NCBI GenBank assembly: GCA_977862235.1
Contig: OZ374562.1
Coordinates: 2,666,001-2,730,000 of the forward strand
Direction of reading: 5' to 3'
Source: Dudresnaya verticillata
Lineage: Eukaryota
DNA length: 64,000 bases
Shown here: positions 50,972 to 63,248 of the stretch, piece after piece
Layout of the letters: each line of letters starts with the position of its first letter
Position numbering within the stretch: the stretch's first letter is position 1
Program-made: the position numbers and the translations under genes
The notes under the pieces: model-generated
What the model was told of the DNA's origin: nothing
Seen by the model: the letters and a program-made list of their open reading frames with translations, nothing else
The model's database searches: none

Positions 50972-52829
50972 AAAACTCCTCCTCCAGAGTCTGGGCCGTT
51001 TGCGGGCGCTGGTGGTGGCGACGGCATGCTGCCGTCGTCCGCTGGCAAGTCTTAATTGCCTTGCAAAAAGGGACCCGAAGTTCGGGGTCATCGTTCGTAG
51101 CCGCGATGAGCGGCGCTCGGTGCGGCAAGTTGGCACGAGCGAGCGTGGACCGGAAGCATGGTAAATAGAGCGCTGGGTTAAAAGCGCATGGTGGGAGCGG
51201 GCGTTGTAGGCCGGCTTCAACCACGGGCACATGCGTTCGCGCCATTGTGTTGTCAATAAACACACCCTTGCCGGGGTTGTTGCAGCTAATGGGTTTGCCG
51301 CTCTGCGTCGCGGCGCGGTCATGGCGCGCGGCGTCGTTGCGGGGCGCGGTTAGCGTGCGCCATGGTCGTGGGACCAAGGAGGGGGCGTGCGCGAGCCGCG
51401 GTGCCATGGTGGTATCATGCCCGTTGCGTGCGGACCTCGGCGGGAGATGCAGGCATTGCTGTCACATGCTGCAAGCGCGCTGTCAGCCAAGCGCCTTAAT
51501 TGTCCAATAAAATCGGCCGTGCGCCATTTGCAAATCAAGGCAGAAAATTATCAGAAATTAACCTGCGCCAGGCGTGCGTGCGCGCGCGCGCACAAGCGCA
51601 GGCGCCGATCTGAAAGTCGCGCAGAAATTGATGCGCCAATCACTGGCCAGAGTATGGCCCTCGTGCGCGCGCTGGCGCACAGCGTTGCCGCGTCGCAATT
51701 TGGTCGCAAATCGCGCGACGTGTGCTACAGGCATGAGAGTACCTCCTCTCGGCGCGCGCGCTGCAGTACCACAGCGGCGCGCAGCATAGCGCGAAGTCCT
51801 GTTGCAAACGGACACCTGCACGGGGCTAGAGCGTCGGTTCAGTGCTGGTCAGCGCGCATGCGCGGACCAGTAGCGCCGTTCTAGGCGCGCGCAAAGTTAC
51901 GCGGGCGCCGTTTTCTGCGCTGATTCACGGGCGCGCTTGTGTTGGCGCTTCGGCTTTCGCGTCGCGGCGTGTGCGCGCGCCCCGCCCGGGGCGCACTCAT
52001 TGTTGCGCTTGCTTCGGGCGCTTGCTCGGGGGAACCCCAAGCTTAGCAGCTTGTATCGCTGCACGGTGATGGCGCTGTATTCGCGCCCGTTTGGCAATTT
52101 TCCAATGTTGCGCCTAATTCGGCGCCGGGGGTGGACACCCGTTGCGTCACGTATTGCGACGTCGGTCCTGACGACCAAGGGTCGTGTGGTGGTGTGCCGA
52201 CGATTGCGCCTGCTTTGGCGCGTGGGCCTATTTGGACTGACGCCATACTCGGGTCCACGATGGGTGCGGTACTCGCACGGAGCATTATCCGCTCCTGGTA
52301 GCTGGTGGTGCCCAGCAGGTGTTGCGCACCATGGGGTGCGTAACAATCGGTGCCTCGAGGGCACGATCATGACGCTGACCCTATGTTCGCGTCCAAATGG
52401 GTGCTGCTGTTGAAGCACCGACTCCGTAGTCGTGTTGCACGATGGTTGTCACTGTCGTTCTGAACGACCGCTGTGCACCGCACATTGAGCGTTAATCGCT
52501 CCCTGCAGGCTGTCTTGGACACAGCATGGTGAGCACCGAAGAGGAGCAATCACAGAGGCTCTTTGACCTCATGTCGCCAGCAGTGGGCGTTGCGAGCCAC
52601 GGTTGGGACTTGACGCTATATTAGCGTCCATACCGTGGTGGTCGCGTGCATGGAGGCTCGATCGCCTCATATCGGGGTGCGCCTTGTGATTCTGCACCAC
52701 TGGCTGTCGCTGTTGTCGCGGCTTATTGAGTGAGGCTGAAAGCCTCCACCAACCATCCCCATAACGCCAGCCGGCTAGAGGTGGTTTGACGCTTATACTC
52801 GTCCAAAGCGCTTTCGGCTTGCGATGCGT

Positions 52830-55800
52830 CTAGTTGTCCAGACCAACGGACTCCGGACGTTGCCAAAGGGCACGATCCGGTATGCGGAGTTTCTTCCGCC
52901 GATAGTAACGTGTGACAGTATTATATATAATATATATAGTACATACATGACTATAGTCAATGTGGTGGGCTGGTTCCCACGTCGCCTCTGCGACGGGATA
53001 GCCATACCACTTGACCCTGAACATCGGGCCTCCATCTTCATCCTCACCATGGGAGAGGATGGATTCGATGACGAATTCCTCGTCCCGACCCGCGGGCGTG
53101 GCGCTGGTAGGCGTCTCCATCGGTGCTGATGGCTTGATGGGAGACTCGAAAAGAGTCATATCGAAGGCCATGGAGCTAGCCGATCCTGTTGGGTCTGGGA
53201 TGACGCTGGGTTTGGAAGCATCGCGTCGGGGAGCGTCTCGCGCTCTTTCAAGTCATTCGGTCACGACCTCTCGAGGGCGCTGAAGCTCAGCCTGGCTGGC
53301 ATGAGCCAAAGCGGCCGCTTGCGCGGGTGAGGATCTGATTTCCTCCCATGTGACCAGGCGGCGTGGTGGTGCCCGCTGGGTGTCAAATCCACCGTCCGAA
53401 CCGTCTCCGGTTCCTGATGGCTGGGTTCCGGCCGGCGCTCGGAGCCTGCCGCCTCTTTCCGAAGGTCGTCCGAAATTTTTGGCAGACTAAAAACTCGCGC
53501 CTCCCGCACCGACTGGGGTATCTCGGCGCTCTGCCCGCGGGTGGCGGTTGTGCTTCCACCGCTCCGCGCCCTGGATGCCCTTGTTTGGACGCCGGGCGTC
53601 TCTTGCGGTGGCTCTTCAATACCCGCCATTCCGCGACCGGTGCCGACCCTCAGCCACGATCCGGGGGTCTTCATCGTTCTTGCGCGTACCTCCTGCGCTT
53701 CTTCCCCCTTCGTAGGGTGTGGCTCGTCACCGCCACTGTTTGCGCTTCCCCGATCATCAGCGTGCGCAGTCGTGGCGCACACCGCGTCTAGCGATCGATC
53801 TTGCGTGTCTCTTCGGGAGACTTCTGTTCGTTGACGCTGCGTCGCGTCTTTGTCTTGGCCATCGAGTTCGGCCCTGTCTGTTCCCTTCCGGCGGGAATCC
53901 TCATCGTTAAGAGGTTGCGCATCTGTCTGAGCTTGGAAAACCGGGGATATCTGCGGTTCTTCACTCACCGCTTGCTGTGGACCATCCGTACTGGTCAATG
54001 GGGGTCGGGGTGCCTTGACGACACGTTCCCTCGACACCCGGTCCTTGAGACCATTCCGCAACACAGTAACTGTGTGGGGATCTGATGCCACCACCTCACA
54101 GGGGCCTTCCGCGCGGGGTACAAGCTTGTTGTTGACCCGATCGCGTGCCGTTTTCTCATCGGCCCTCATCTTCCGTTCGCGTTCGACGAACACGAAGTCA
54201 CCTTCCTCATACGACGGCAGGTGCTTCGGGACTTTCCTATTGAAGTCACGCCTATAGCGTTCTTGACCCTCGTTCAAGGTCTGTCTCGCCGTAGACATCA
54301 GCGCTTTCAACCAGCGCAGGTACTTTGCCTTGTATCGGCGAAGGGGTACCTCTGGACCAAGTTTCGGGTCCTGCTTGATTGACAGTGCTCCTGGCTGACG
54401 TGACAGGACCAAGTCAAAGGGCTTAAGCCCGGTCATCCGACTGACCGTACAGTTGTATGCGTACGTCAACGCATCGCTGAAGAAATCCCAATCTTTCTGA
54501 TGATCCGCGAGGTAATGCCTCAACGCGGACGTCAGCGTTCTATTGAAACGCTCCACCTGCCCATTAGTTTGGGAGTAGTACGCCGTTGTGAAGGCGTTGT
54601 TCACTCGCAGCAGTTTGCACACTGCAAGGAAGAACCTTGACTGGAACTGAGATCCATTGTCGGATAACAAGGTTACGGATATACCGTATACGAAGACCCA
54701 ATGGGTCACGAAAGCCTGCGCAACTGGCTCAGCAGTGATGCGCTTCAGTGGGATGGTACGGACCAGTTTGGAAAAGCGATCCGTAATCACCAACAAGTAC
54801 CGGTTACGCAACTTGGTACGGGGCAATTCCCCTAGGATGTCGATTGAGACGTACTCTAACGGCGCCGTGGCCGGAAAGAGTTTAAGCTTCGCTCCATGCT
54901 TACGGAGCTTAACCCCAGCCCTTTCACAACCAGGGCAAGACGCTACCGTTTGCTATCCGTGGACCGACATTCCCGGCCAATAGTATACACCTCGAAGAGT
55001 GTAGAACAACCGCCTACCTCCCGGGTGACCAGCGGACACCGGGTAGTGATGGGCATGCAGAAGCCGATCGCGAAGCGATTTCGACACAACCTTTTGTATT
55101 GTTACATCCAAGCGAGCCTTTCTGCAGAGGATACCCTCCTCATTGCAGAGGAAGTGGCTCTTCCCCTCCCCCTTCTCAAGGCGAGAGGCGAGCTCTCTGC
55201 AGTAAGGATCGTTCACCTGCTCTCGGTGAAACTCCTCAATGAAGATAGCCGTTGTACTCGGCGTGGACTCTAAGGCGAGTAAGCCTTCAGCGACGATGTC
55301 GTCGAACTCTGAATCAAAGAGCATCGCCTCGGTTTCCGGATCTTCATCCACCGGGGAGAGGTGTTCACACAAGGTGAAGCAAGGGAGTTCTTCGTCAATC
55401 GGAACAGTGGTATGCCCGGCAGTGGGCAACCGACTCAAGGAGTCGGCAAGGCAATGCTTGATGCCTTTCACATACTTGACTTCAAAGTCAAACTCCGATA
55501 GTCGGAGTCGCCATCTCGCGAGGCGACCCGATGCGTCGGCGAGGTTAAGCAACCACCTCAATGCGTGGTGATCGGTATTCACCGTGAAGCGCTCCCTCTC
55601 GAGGTAGGGCCGGAGCGTCTGGAAGGCCCAGACGATGGCCAAGCATTCTCGTTCCGATGTGGAGTAGTTCCTCTCGGCTTGAGAGAGTTGGCGTGACCAA
55701 TAGCCAGTAGGGTACAGCTGCTTGTCCTCATGGGTCTGCGGCAAGGTACAGCCGATCTGTTCGGCAGACGCATCGGTGTACAATGCGTATGGAAGTCCTC

Positions 55801-58800
55801 TGCGTGGCAACTTCAGGACAGGGGGTGAGATCAAAACACCCTTCAATGTCGCATAGGCGCTGAGTTGCTCCTCGACCAAGGGGCGGAGCTTGTCGGGTTA
55901 TCCTTTACGGAGAAGCCGTGTTAGCGGAGATGCTATCCGCGCGAAGTGCGCGGCAAAGCGTCGGTACACGTTGCACATGCCAAGAAAAGAGCGAAGCTCT
56001 GTCTGGGTGCGCGGTGGCTTGGCCTCTTTGAGGGCCGCGATGTTCCGCGGGCGGACTTTAAGTTCGCCCGGGCGGATGACGTGGCCGAGGTACTCGACCC
56101 TGTCCGAAAAGAAGCGACACTTCTTCAACTTGAGGCTAATAACCGCCTCCTTCAAAGAGGATAAGATCTCCTCAACGTCCCTCAAGTGGGACGCGTGGTC
56201 TTTCGAAAAGACAATGATGTCGTCCAAGTAGACGAGGCAACTCTTCCAGCGGTACTCGCTCAACAAAATATCGAGTGTACGCTGGAAGGTTGCTGGGGAG
56301 TTAATAAGCCCAAAGGGCATTCGGTTGAACTGATACGTACCTGCATGACAGGTGAACATAGTCTTTGGATGATCCTCTGGGTGAACTGGGACTTGCGAGT
56401 ACCCGGAGTTACAGTCAAGGGTTGTAAAAACCTTCGCGTCACCAAGCGAATCGATACACTCGTCCATGCAAGGTATCCGGTACGTGTCCCGTACAGTAAT
56501 GGAATTGAGCCGGCGGTAGTCAACACAAAACCACAACGTGCCGTCATGCTTGGGAGCCAAAACGACTGGCGACGCCCACTCTGACTGGGACTTGGAGATT
56601 TCTCCTTGCGCTTCCCTCTCGCGCACCGTTTGCTCTTCGAACTCACGAGCCTTAGGTCCTGCCCGATATAGTTTACTTCGGTAGGGCCTCGAGCCTTCCT
56701 TGAGCTCAATTTGATGCGTCGTCGCCCGGATCTCTCCGAGTCGGCCGTTCCAAATGGACGCAAACGGCCGCAGCATTTTTCGAACGCTGCGCTGTACACC
56801 AGGTTCCAAATGGTCAAGGGGGACGGCGTCGACTGGATCGCCTTCGCCAACCTGGGGATTTGTCACCTCCCCCTTCTCAAGCGCCGTGCTGGGCGCAACT
56901 GGTTGTGAGTCTTGAAACTCAACCGCCAAGAGCGGTTCTAGTTCCACCACGGTGGAGACTAACGCCCTTGGGTGTGGCAGCACCGAACCAATTTCTTGGT
57001 TCCGCTGCAGCCGCTTCTCATGTGAAGAGAAGTTCGCCACAGGCACTTTAAACTCCCGAAGTGGTTTTATGTGCACCACGCCGTTGGACACTAACAACTG
57101 ATGGTTATCATACAACGCGGGAGATGGCTCGAGTACTGAGAGTCCAAGTCGTCCACTGGTTACATGGACCCAGGCCTGTGTACTGGCCGGTATCGTGACT
57201 GTTCTAGTCACCTTGAGCTTCGGTGAAGCTCGACCGTTAATTTCGGTCTCGTCCTTAGATGCTCCGGGCATCGGGGGCGCGCCTTGCAAACGGGCAATCG
57301 GCTTCCGGACAATCGGAACTTGGGTCCCGTCGTCGAGCTCGACCACACGCTTGCGAGGAAAAATCGCCTCAACGAAGCGATCATTGAAATCGCAACCCAG
57401 AATCATGGGCGCTGCGAGTCTTTCGCAAACAAGGAACGTGGTGTTAACCGTTCGTGTTCCAAGTCTCACGCAAAGAGACACATGGCCCAGGAGCTTCAAG
57501 GGCTTGCCATTCGCATCAGAGACACCTGGAAGATGGTCGCTCTTCTTAATGAGCTTCTCGTGGTCCTTAGGCAGGACGTCGGCGCTGACAAAGTTTGGTC
57601 CTGCCCCGGTATCGAGGATAGTCAACAACCTCACGAGCATCGATGGTCTGGTGCCTACATCGGCATAGACCTTGTAGTTCCTCCTTGAGAGGCTAGAAAG
57701 CGGATCGGTCTCCGCAAACAAACGTCGATCTCGGCTTCGATGCCAAGGTCGGCGAAGGGCAGCCGCTTCATGCGGCGGGTTGTCAGTTGTATCACCAGCA
57801 ACCCTGTTGCGCGTCAATATGCGCTTAGATCCGAAAGGATCTAACCTTGCGGTCTCGAAACCGACAGGGACCCTTATTTTTGGGTCGGGCTTCACTTGGT
57901 CATGGGTCCCACCAGCATGCAGGGTGGGGTGCTGAAACCCCGAGGGAGCTTGCCCTACCTGGGCACTCCCGTCCCCTTTCAGGGACTGATTGGCCTGGAA
58001 GTTCAGCAGTGCCAATGAATTCATGCAGGAGTCAGCAGGAACCCGGGCCTTGTCCTTAGCAGACAACTTGTTGTAGTTCATAACTACTTGTGCAATGTCT
58101 GCCAAAGGCAACTTACAATCTGGGCTGATGTGATCGCCCGCCACGTAGCAACCATGGCAGATGATCTGCACATGGGGTCCACGCAGGCGAGGGTCACCAA
58201 AGACAGCCCTATCGCCTGGCCTGCCGGGTCTCCCCGGCGGCCGATGCAGCTCGCGTCGCTGCGGAGGTGGGTACCTACTCTGCCTCCTGTGCTCTTGGTA
58301 GAGCGGGTCGTCTTCCCGGTCGGAGGGAATATCAGTGGGGGGCTTGGCCGATGAATCGGCCTCACTAATCCCACCGAAGAGGAAACATCCCCCCTCACGG
58401 GAGTCAACCGTGCCGGCACGTGTCTGCGTTCGCAGAGTACTGCCATAGTGGCTCGTCGGGTCTTCATCCAACTCCATGAAAAGGAATTTCCTTGCCATTT
58501 GTTGCTTGAACGCAACACCCTTAATGGGTTTGCAGCCTTGGGCGGCTTGAAGTGCCTCGCCTCGCGAACGGGCTTGGGCAATGAGCTGATGATAGCTCAA
58601 CCGGGGGTTATCCTCCCTGGCCTGGAGAACCAACGGCCTGATTTGCGGTACGACTCCCTCGATATACATCGTGGAGACCTCGTAAAGTGAATGCACATCA
58701 CCATAATTCGTGACTGCTTTGTCCAGTCTGGTGGCGTACACCTGCTCCGCCTCACCAGGGAGCTGCTTGACCTCCCGCAGTTCGCGAACTGCTTCCTGGA

Positions 58801-59999
58801 TCGCCGCATTCGTTGCATACGTCCTGAGAAACCAGTTAACTGCTTCGGGTCAGTTCCTAAGGCCATATCCTCGGCGGAAGTGACCTTCCTGGGCTTCATA
58901 AGCCTCCTTTGCTTGTTTCAGTAATACGTACGGCAGGGCGACGAATGCCATTGCCTCCGAGAGGTCCGCGGCGTTGAAGTACCGCTTGCATAGAGCTAAG
59001 AAGCTGATGACCTTGATCGGGTCCTTGCCCGAGAACTTGTGGTCCTTCATGGTAACCTCCAAGATCTTGACACGTTTGTGAGTGTCGTGGATAACCGTTT
59101 TGGCTACCTTCTGGCTACGTATCTCCAGCCTGTACACGCGGTAATTGAAAACCGGCTGGAAGCGATGATCGGTCGGCTTCCACCGACTCAAACCATGCTG
59201 CCAGGACCCAAGGTCGGGTCAGGGACGAGGAATTGCTCCTCCTCTTCGTGGTCGCTCCATTCATCGGAGGACGACGACGAAGATGATGAAGGTGAACCCT
59301 TCTTACGACGGTCCTTCCGTCGTCGACGCTTATCGCGTCTATCCTTCCGGCGTTTGGACCCGCCATCTGAATCGTCAGATGACGATGGATCCTCATCCGG
59401 ATCACCCGCCCCGTCGGCCTTGCGGCCGGCGCTGGGTGGGGGTGGAGACTTTGCGTCTCTATTGTCAGGTGTTTGTCGGCTGACGCCGAGACCACGGGTG
59501 GTGTGTCACGCGCAGGCGTGCCCACCTGCGGGACGTCATTCCCCGCCTGACGTAGCGCTTCAGTTGTCACTGACGACAACAGCGCATCTGCCGGCAAAGC
59601 CGGCGCCACGATAGGTGACACAGGCGCGGCCGGGGGGTTTCCACCCCCAGGCTTCGCCTGCGAAGCTGCTTCCATGGCAGCAATCCTCATCTTGAGGTTC
59701 TTGTCCTCATCAAGGAGTCGACGGTTGTCCTCCTTGACTGGTCCAAAGTAAGAGAGTAATGAGCTCTCAAGTTCGGCCCGGAACTGGGCCTCCAGCTTCT
59801 TGGAAAGACCATCAAGCTGGTCACGACTCTGGCTCGAGACGACTTCGGCTTGTGCAGACAGTCGCTTCTCGAGCAGGTCGCTTGCGGCGTTACGAGCCGC
59901 TACGAGGGTGTCGTTCTTGACACGGCGTACCCAAGCCGCTACAGGAGGCGGCACACCCGGGGGAGCACGAAGCTCGCGCTGGGAGCCACTTTCCGGCAT
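52830..59999 (-). pseudogene. Gypsy-D gag-pol (gag, PR, RT, RH, INT, chromodomain)
   Basis: KFSGKDPIKV, CHGCYVAGDHISPDC, ILDTGAGPNF, YLDD, TDASAEQIG, ITDRFSK, EEFVIESILSH...VKWYGYPVAEATWEP. Confidence 0.95.
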
Positions 60000-60097
60000 G
60001 GCAAGGATTTGAAGGCGTGTGTATCCACGCAAAGCGAAGCTCTTACAGTCTGAGCAAAGATCGGTTCGACCCGTTCTAGGTCGGGAGACCAAATAAG

Positions 60098-60735
60098 TGT
60101 GGAGCACTCACAATCCACCAAAATAGGTCCCGATGCAGGGACAAGCAAGGCCTGATCGTAAGGCCACCAGCGCAGTCCGGGCGCGGTGCGGGAGACCACC
60201 CTGCAAAGGATAGGGTGCAGGGACCCAAAGGAAACGGGAAAAGGTAGAGGAAAAGGGAAAAAGGTAGACAGTAGAGATAGGTTAGCGGTAGCGTACCTAT
60301 CTCGCGGTAGAACTGGTAAACGGGTGTCGATCTGCGTTCACGGAGGTCCACGAGCAGATAGGCTCACGTGGACTCGGTCGGCACCGATGTCCTAGGCGTG
60401 AGGCTACTCGGGTTCCGCGCGACTCCAAGCTGGGCACCGAAGTGTTAGGCCCGAGGGTGGAAGTCCCTCCGTTTACCAGATGCGCAGCGCTAGGTGGTTA
60501 AGTACTACCGCCGCCGGCGCGGTGGCGCCGGCAGGCACATCTACACTACTGTAGGCTGTAAGCGCTAGAGCTCGATCTAGATCTAAAGTGGAGAGCTGAA
60601 TTGGCCTGCTCGTGCTTACTGTAGACTGTGCTGTCAGTCAGTCGGCAACGATGCGCCTGCGCCTGTAAAGCGCGCCTGTAAGGCAAAGGATCCGGAATTG
60701 GATCGGACGAATGGGGCGAGTGCCAGTGCACTACA
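60098..60735 (-). repeat. Gypsy-D 5' LTR
   Basis: Direct repeat of 48304-48836, adjacent to the PBS. Confidence 0.93.
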
Positions 60736-61179
60736 GTGGGAGACGGTTCGTACTCGAATGATTCGTAACGGCCTCGGTGCCAACGAACGGTCGTCTCACG
60801 TATGGTGGCGGTTACGAAGTGCGCCAGCGATGCATACGGAGGTGCACGCGCGTCGTCGGCCTCGGTGCCGTTACGCGCAGGAAACAACCGGAAGATCACG
60901 AAGGTGTCAGCGATTTCGTATCGAGTGCGCACTGTAATGCGAATGCCATCGTGGCGCGCGGGTTCACGAAGTCAGTTCGGAATTCGTCCGGAGGTGTCAG
61001 CGATTTTGTATCGCGTGCGTGCTGTAATGTGAATTCCATCGTGGCGCGCGCACAGTATGCGCACTGTAATACGCTTGCCATCGTGGCGTGCGCATTCACG
61101 GAGTCACTTCGAAATTCGTATTTCTCGATTATTTTCACGTAGACCACCGAATCGTTTTGCGCACAGCGTTTGTACCACA

Positions 61180-61323
61180 GTCCTTCGTGTTGGTCGCTCC
61201 GCTCTACCACGATGCCACCCCTTTTCCTTTCTCCGTTAGGCTACGAGGCCAAAAATTAGGCTCCAAGGCGATTCCTTACAGTGAGAGACTTCCCCGCGTC
61301 ACCGTGGACTTTGTTATACCACA
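61180..61323 (+). repeat. Terminal 144 bp of an oppositely oriented Gypsy-C-family LTR
   Basis: Reverse complement of 47900-48043 at roughly 90% identity by eye. Ends TATACCACA. Confidence 0.85.
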
Positions 61324-61650
61324 GATCCGCCTTGCCTATATAACATGCGCTCTCTCATGTACGTTGAGAGAGCTTCTTCTATCTCAGGGAAATTTCCGTT
61401 CTTGATCCTTCTCATCTTGCGGGCCTTACGCGTGTAAAGATCTGGCGCCATTATCTTTTTTGCATTCTTTTTCCAGCGGAAAATGGAATCCTTCGAGACG
61501 CCATGGAGTTTAGGCAATTCTAGTATTGTCCATGGAGAAGTCGTTGCGTCGTTCTGCTCGGCGTTTCCAAACGCCCCATATGGCAGAGCTCCAAAAATAA
61601 CGTATTATGCTTAGTTTCGAGCGTTGTTTGCGCCTGCTTTTTTGCGGTCA
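61324..61650 (-). pseudogene. pogo/Tigger (CENP-B-like) transposase N-terminal HTH fragment
   Basis: HGVSKDSIFRWKKN...RRIKNGNFPEIEEALSTYMRE resembles tandem HTH_psq and CENP-B HTH domains. Confidence 0.65.
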
Positions 61651-62551
61651 TCGTTGCCACTTGAGATGATACACGACTCTGTTCCACGTTTGTTGGCGGA
61701 AGGGTGAGAAAGAGTTTGTGCACAAACCCACCGACCACGTGAACAATGCTCTCTACATTGTCCCAACATCCTTTAAAGATTTACAACTTTAATCTTTAAT
61801 GGGTAAAGCAGCAATCTTACTGTTGTTAATCTTAAACAGATCGAATTGCTGTAAACGGATCACTGTCTGATATCTCCGTACCGTATGATATGCAGTCGTA
61901 CTCGTTCGTGATGCAAGGTTTGTGAGATCGCTTACGTCAGTGCCCTTCCTGAGGCCTCTAGGCCTGATTTTATACACGCTTCTCTTCAGGCTAGGGGAGG
62001 AGTGCAACGGGAATGGAATTTTTCTGCACGCCTTTCCTATGATATGTTTATTTCTGGGGCTATTGGAGCTTCCCGCCACGTTTCCACCGCATGTGATGAG
62101 CGCCAGCTCCACTTTTATCCGTGTTTTACTTTCACATCCTTATCAGATAGACTTCACCCCTTTGTTTGGGCCCTCTGATGTTACAAACAGTAGCAAAACT
62201 GCACAGTGGCAAAATTACAAAGCGCCATAATAGCAGCTGACCTCAGCATTTTTTAATGAATTTTCAATCTACAAACGTGTTAGTCTTTATTGTAGTCCTT
62301 TACTTAGTCTATAGACTAATAGCTAGTTTTAGTAAGTTCCATCAAGCTTTCTCTAACCACTAGAATTCTATAAAGGAGGTCTGCTCTGAACTCTCTCAGA
62401 GAAAGGGGGGCAGGCCGCAAACGTCTGAAGCAAAAACCTCTGAGTCGGCGAGTTGCAAGCAGTGTATCAAAAGAACCGCGTGCTTTCATCAACCACCCAA
62501 AAAACCCAACAGTAAGTTTATTCATTACAGTGCAATCTGAGCCGCGACAAA

Positions 62552-63196
62552 TTGGTACCATCGCCTACTCGGTCGTTAAAATGTTTTTTCTTGTGCGCAG
62601 TGAGCGCCAGTCCGCCCAGCAGTGAGCCAAATAAGGCTGAGCAGCCTCTGAAAACAGCAGCACAGAATACGTCAAATACCGAGAAAACAATTGAAAAAAC
62701 AGAAAGTGAAAAACCAGGAAAAGAGAAGCTAACAAACGTGGAAAATAAGGACAAACTTTTGGCAAAATTACCGAGTGCTTTAACGGGACCTACATTCAAT
62801 ATTACCCCCAAGCCTAATTACAGTAACAAAAAGTGTTTCCAGTGCGGTCACACTAAATTTGCCAACCAATCCTGGGACGACCATAACACATCCAAATTAC
62901 ACCTGGAAGAAATATTCAAGAGAGAAGGATTTAATACGGCTGTAAGCCATTTAGATCGCCAATACGACCGTTTTGTTAACATTAACTGCGACCTTTGTGG
63001 AACGCGTTAGAGTAGCAAAATATTGTTCAAAAATCACCAGTACGGTGGGGAACATATTAGGCGAGGAAATCAGCTTCGTGACCTAGTTAAGTCAGCTGCT
63101 GAGAGTGGCTATATTGAGAAGTGGCACATCATAGCTAAGCCACGAAAAGTCTACGTTCGGGAGATTTCTAAGGTGCTCAGAAACTGCAAAAAATAA
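62552..63196 (+). pseudogene. Pre-gag ORF with two C-x2-C-x12-H-x5-H (matrin/JAZ-type) zinc fingers; in-frame TAG at 63008
   Basis: CFQCGHTKFANQSWDDHNTSKLH and CDLCGTR*SSKILFKNHQYGGEH. The frame stays open to TAA at 63194-63196. Confidence 0.7.
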
Positions 63197-63248
63197 GAAA
63201 TAAATTGATCTTTGTGGGTTTGAGAAAATATATATTGCAACTACGAAA

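Larger units (their letters stand above)
48304..60735 (-). mobile_element. Full-length chromodomain-bearing Gypsy element D
   Basis: LTRs TGTGGAGCAC...ACTACA, TSD GCGGG/GTGGG, PPT AAGGGGGATC (48837-48846), PBS 60074-60091. Confidence 0.95.
39832..61179 (-). mobile_element. Chromodomain-bearing Gypsy element C (3' LTR lost; 5' LTR split by Gypsy-D)
   Basis: 5' LTR TGTGGTA...TACCACA in two pieces (47900-48303, 60741-61179), PBS at 47881-47898, decayed gag-pol. Confidence 0.85.

Noticed and set aside
60060..60091. tRNA gene (GGTTCGA...CCA)
   Set aside because: Only the PBS complement is present; no cloverleaf.
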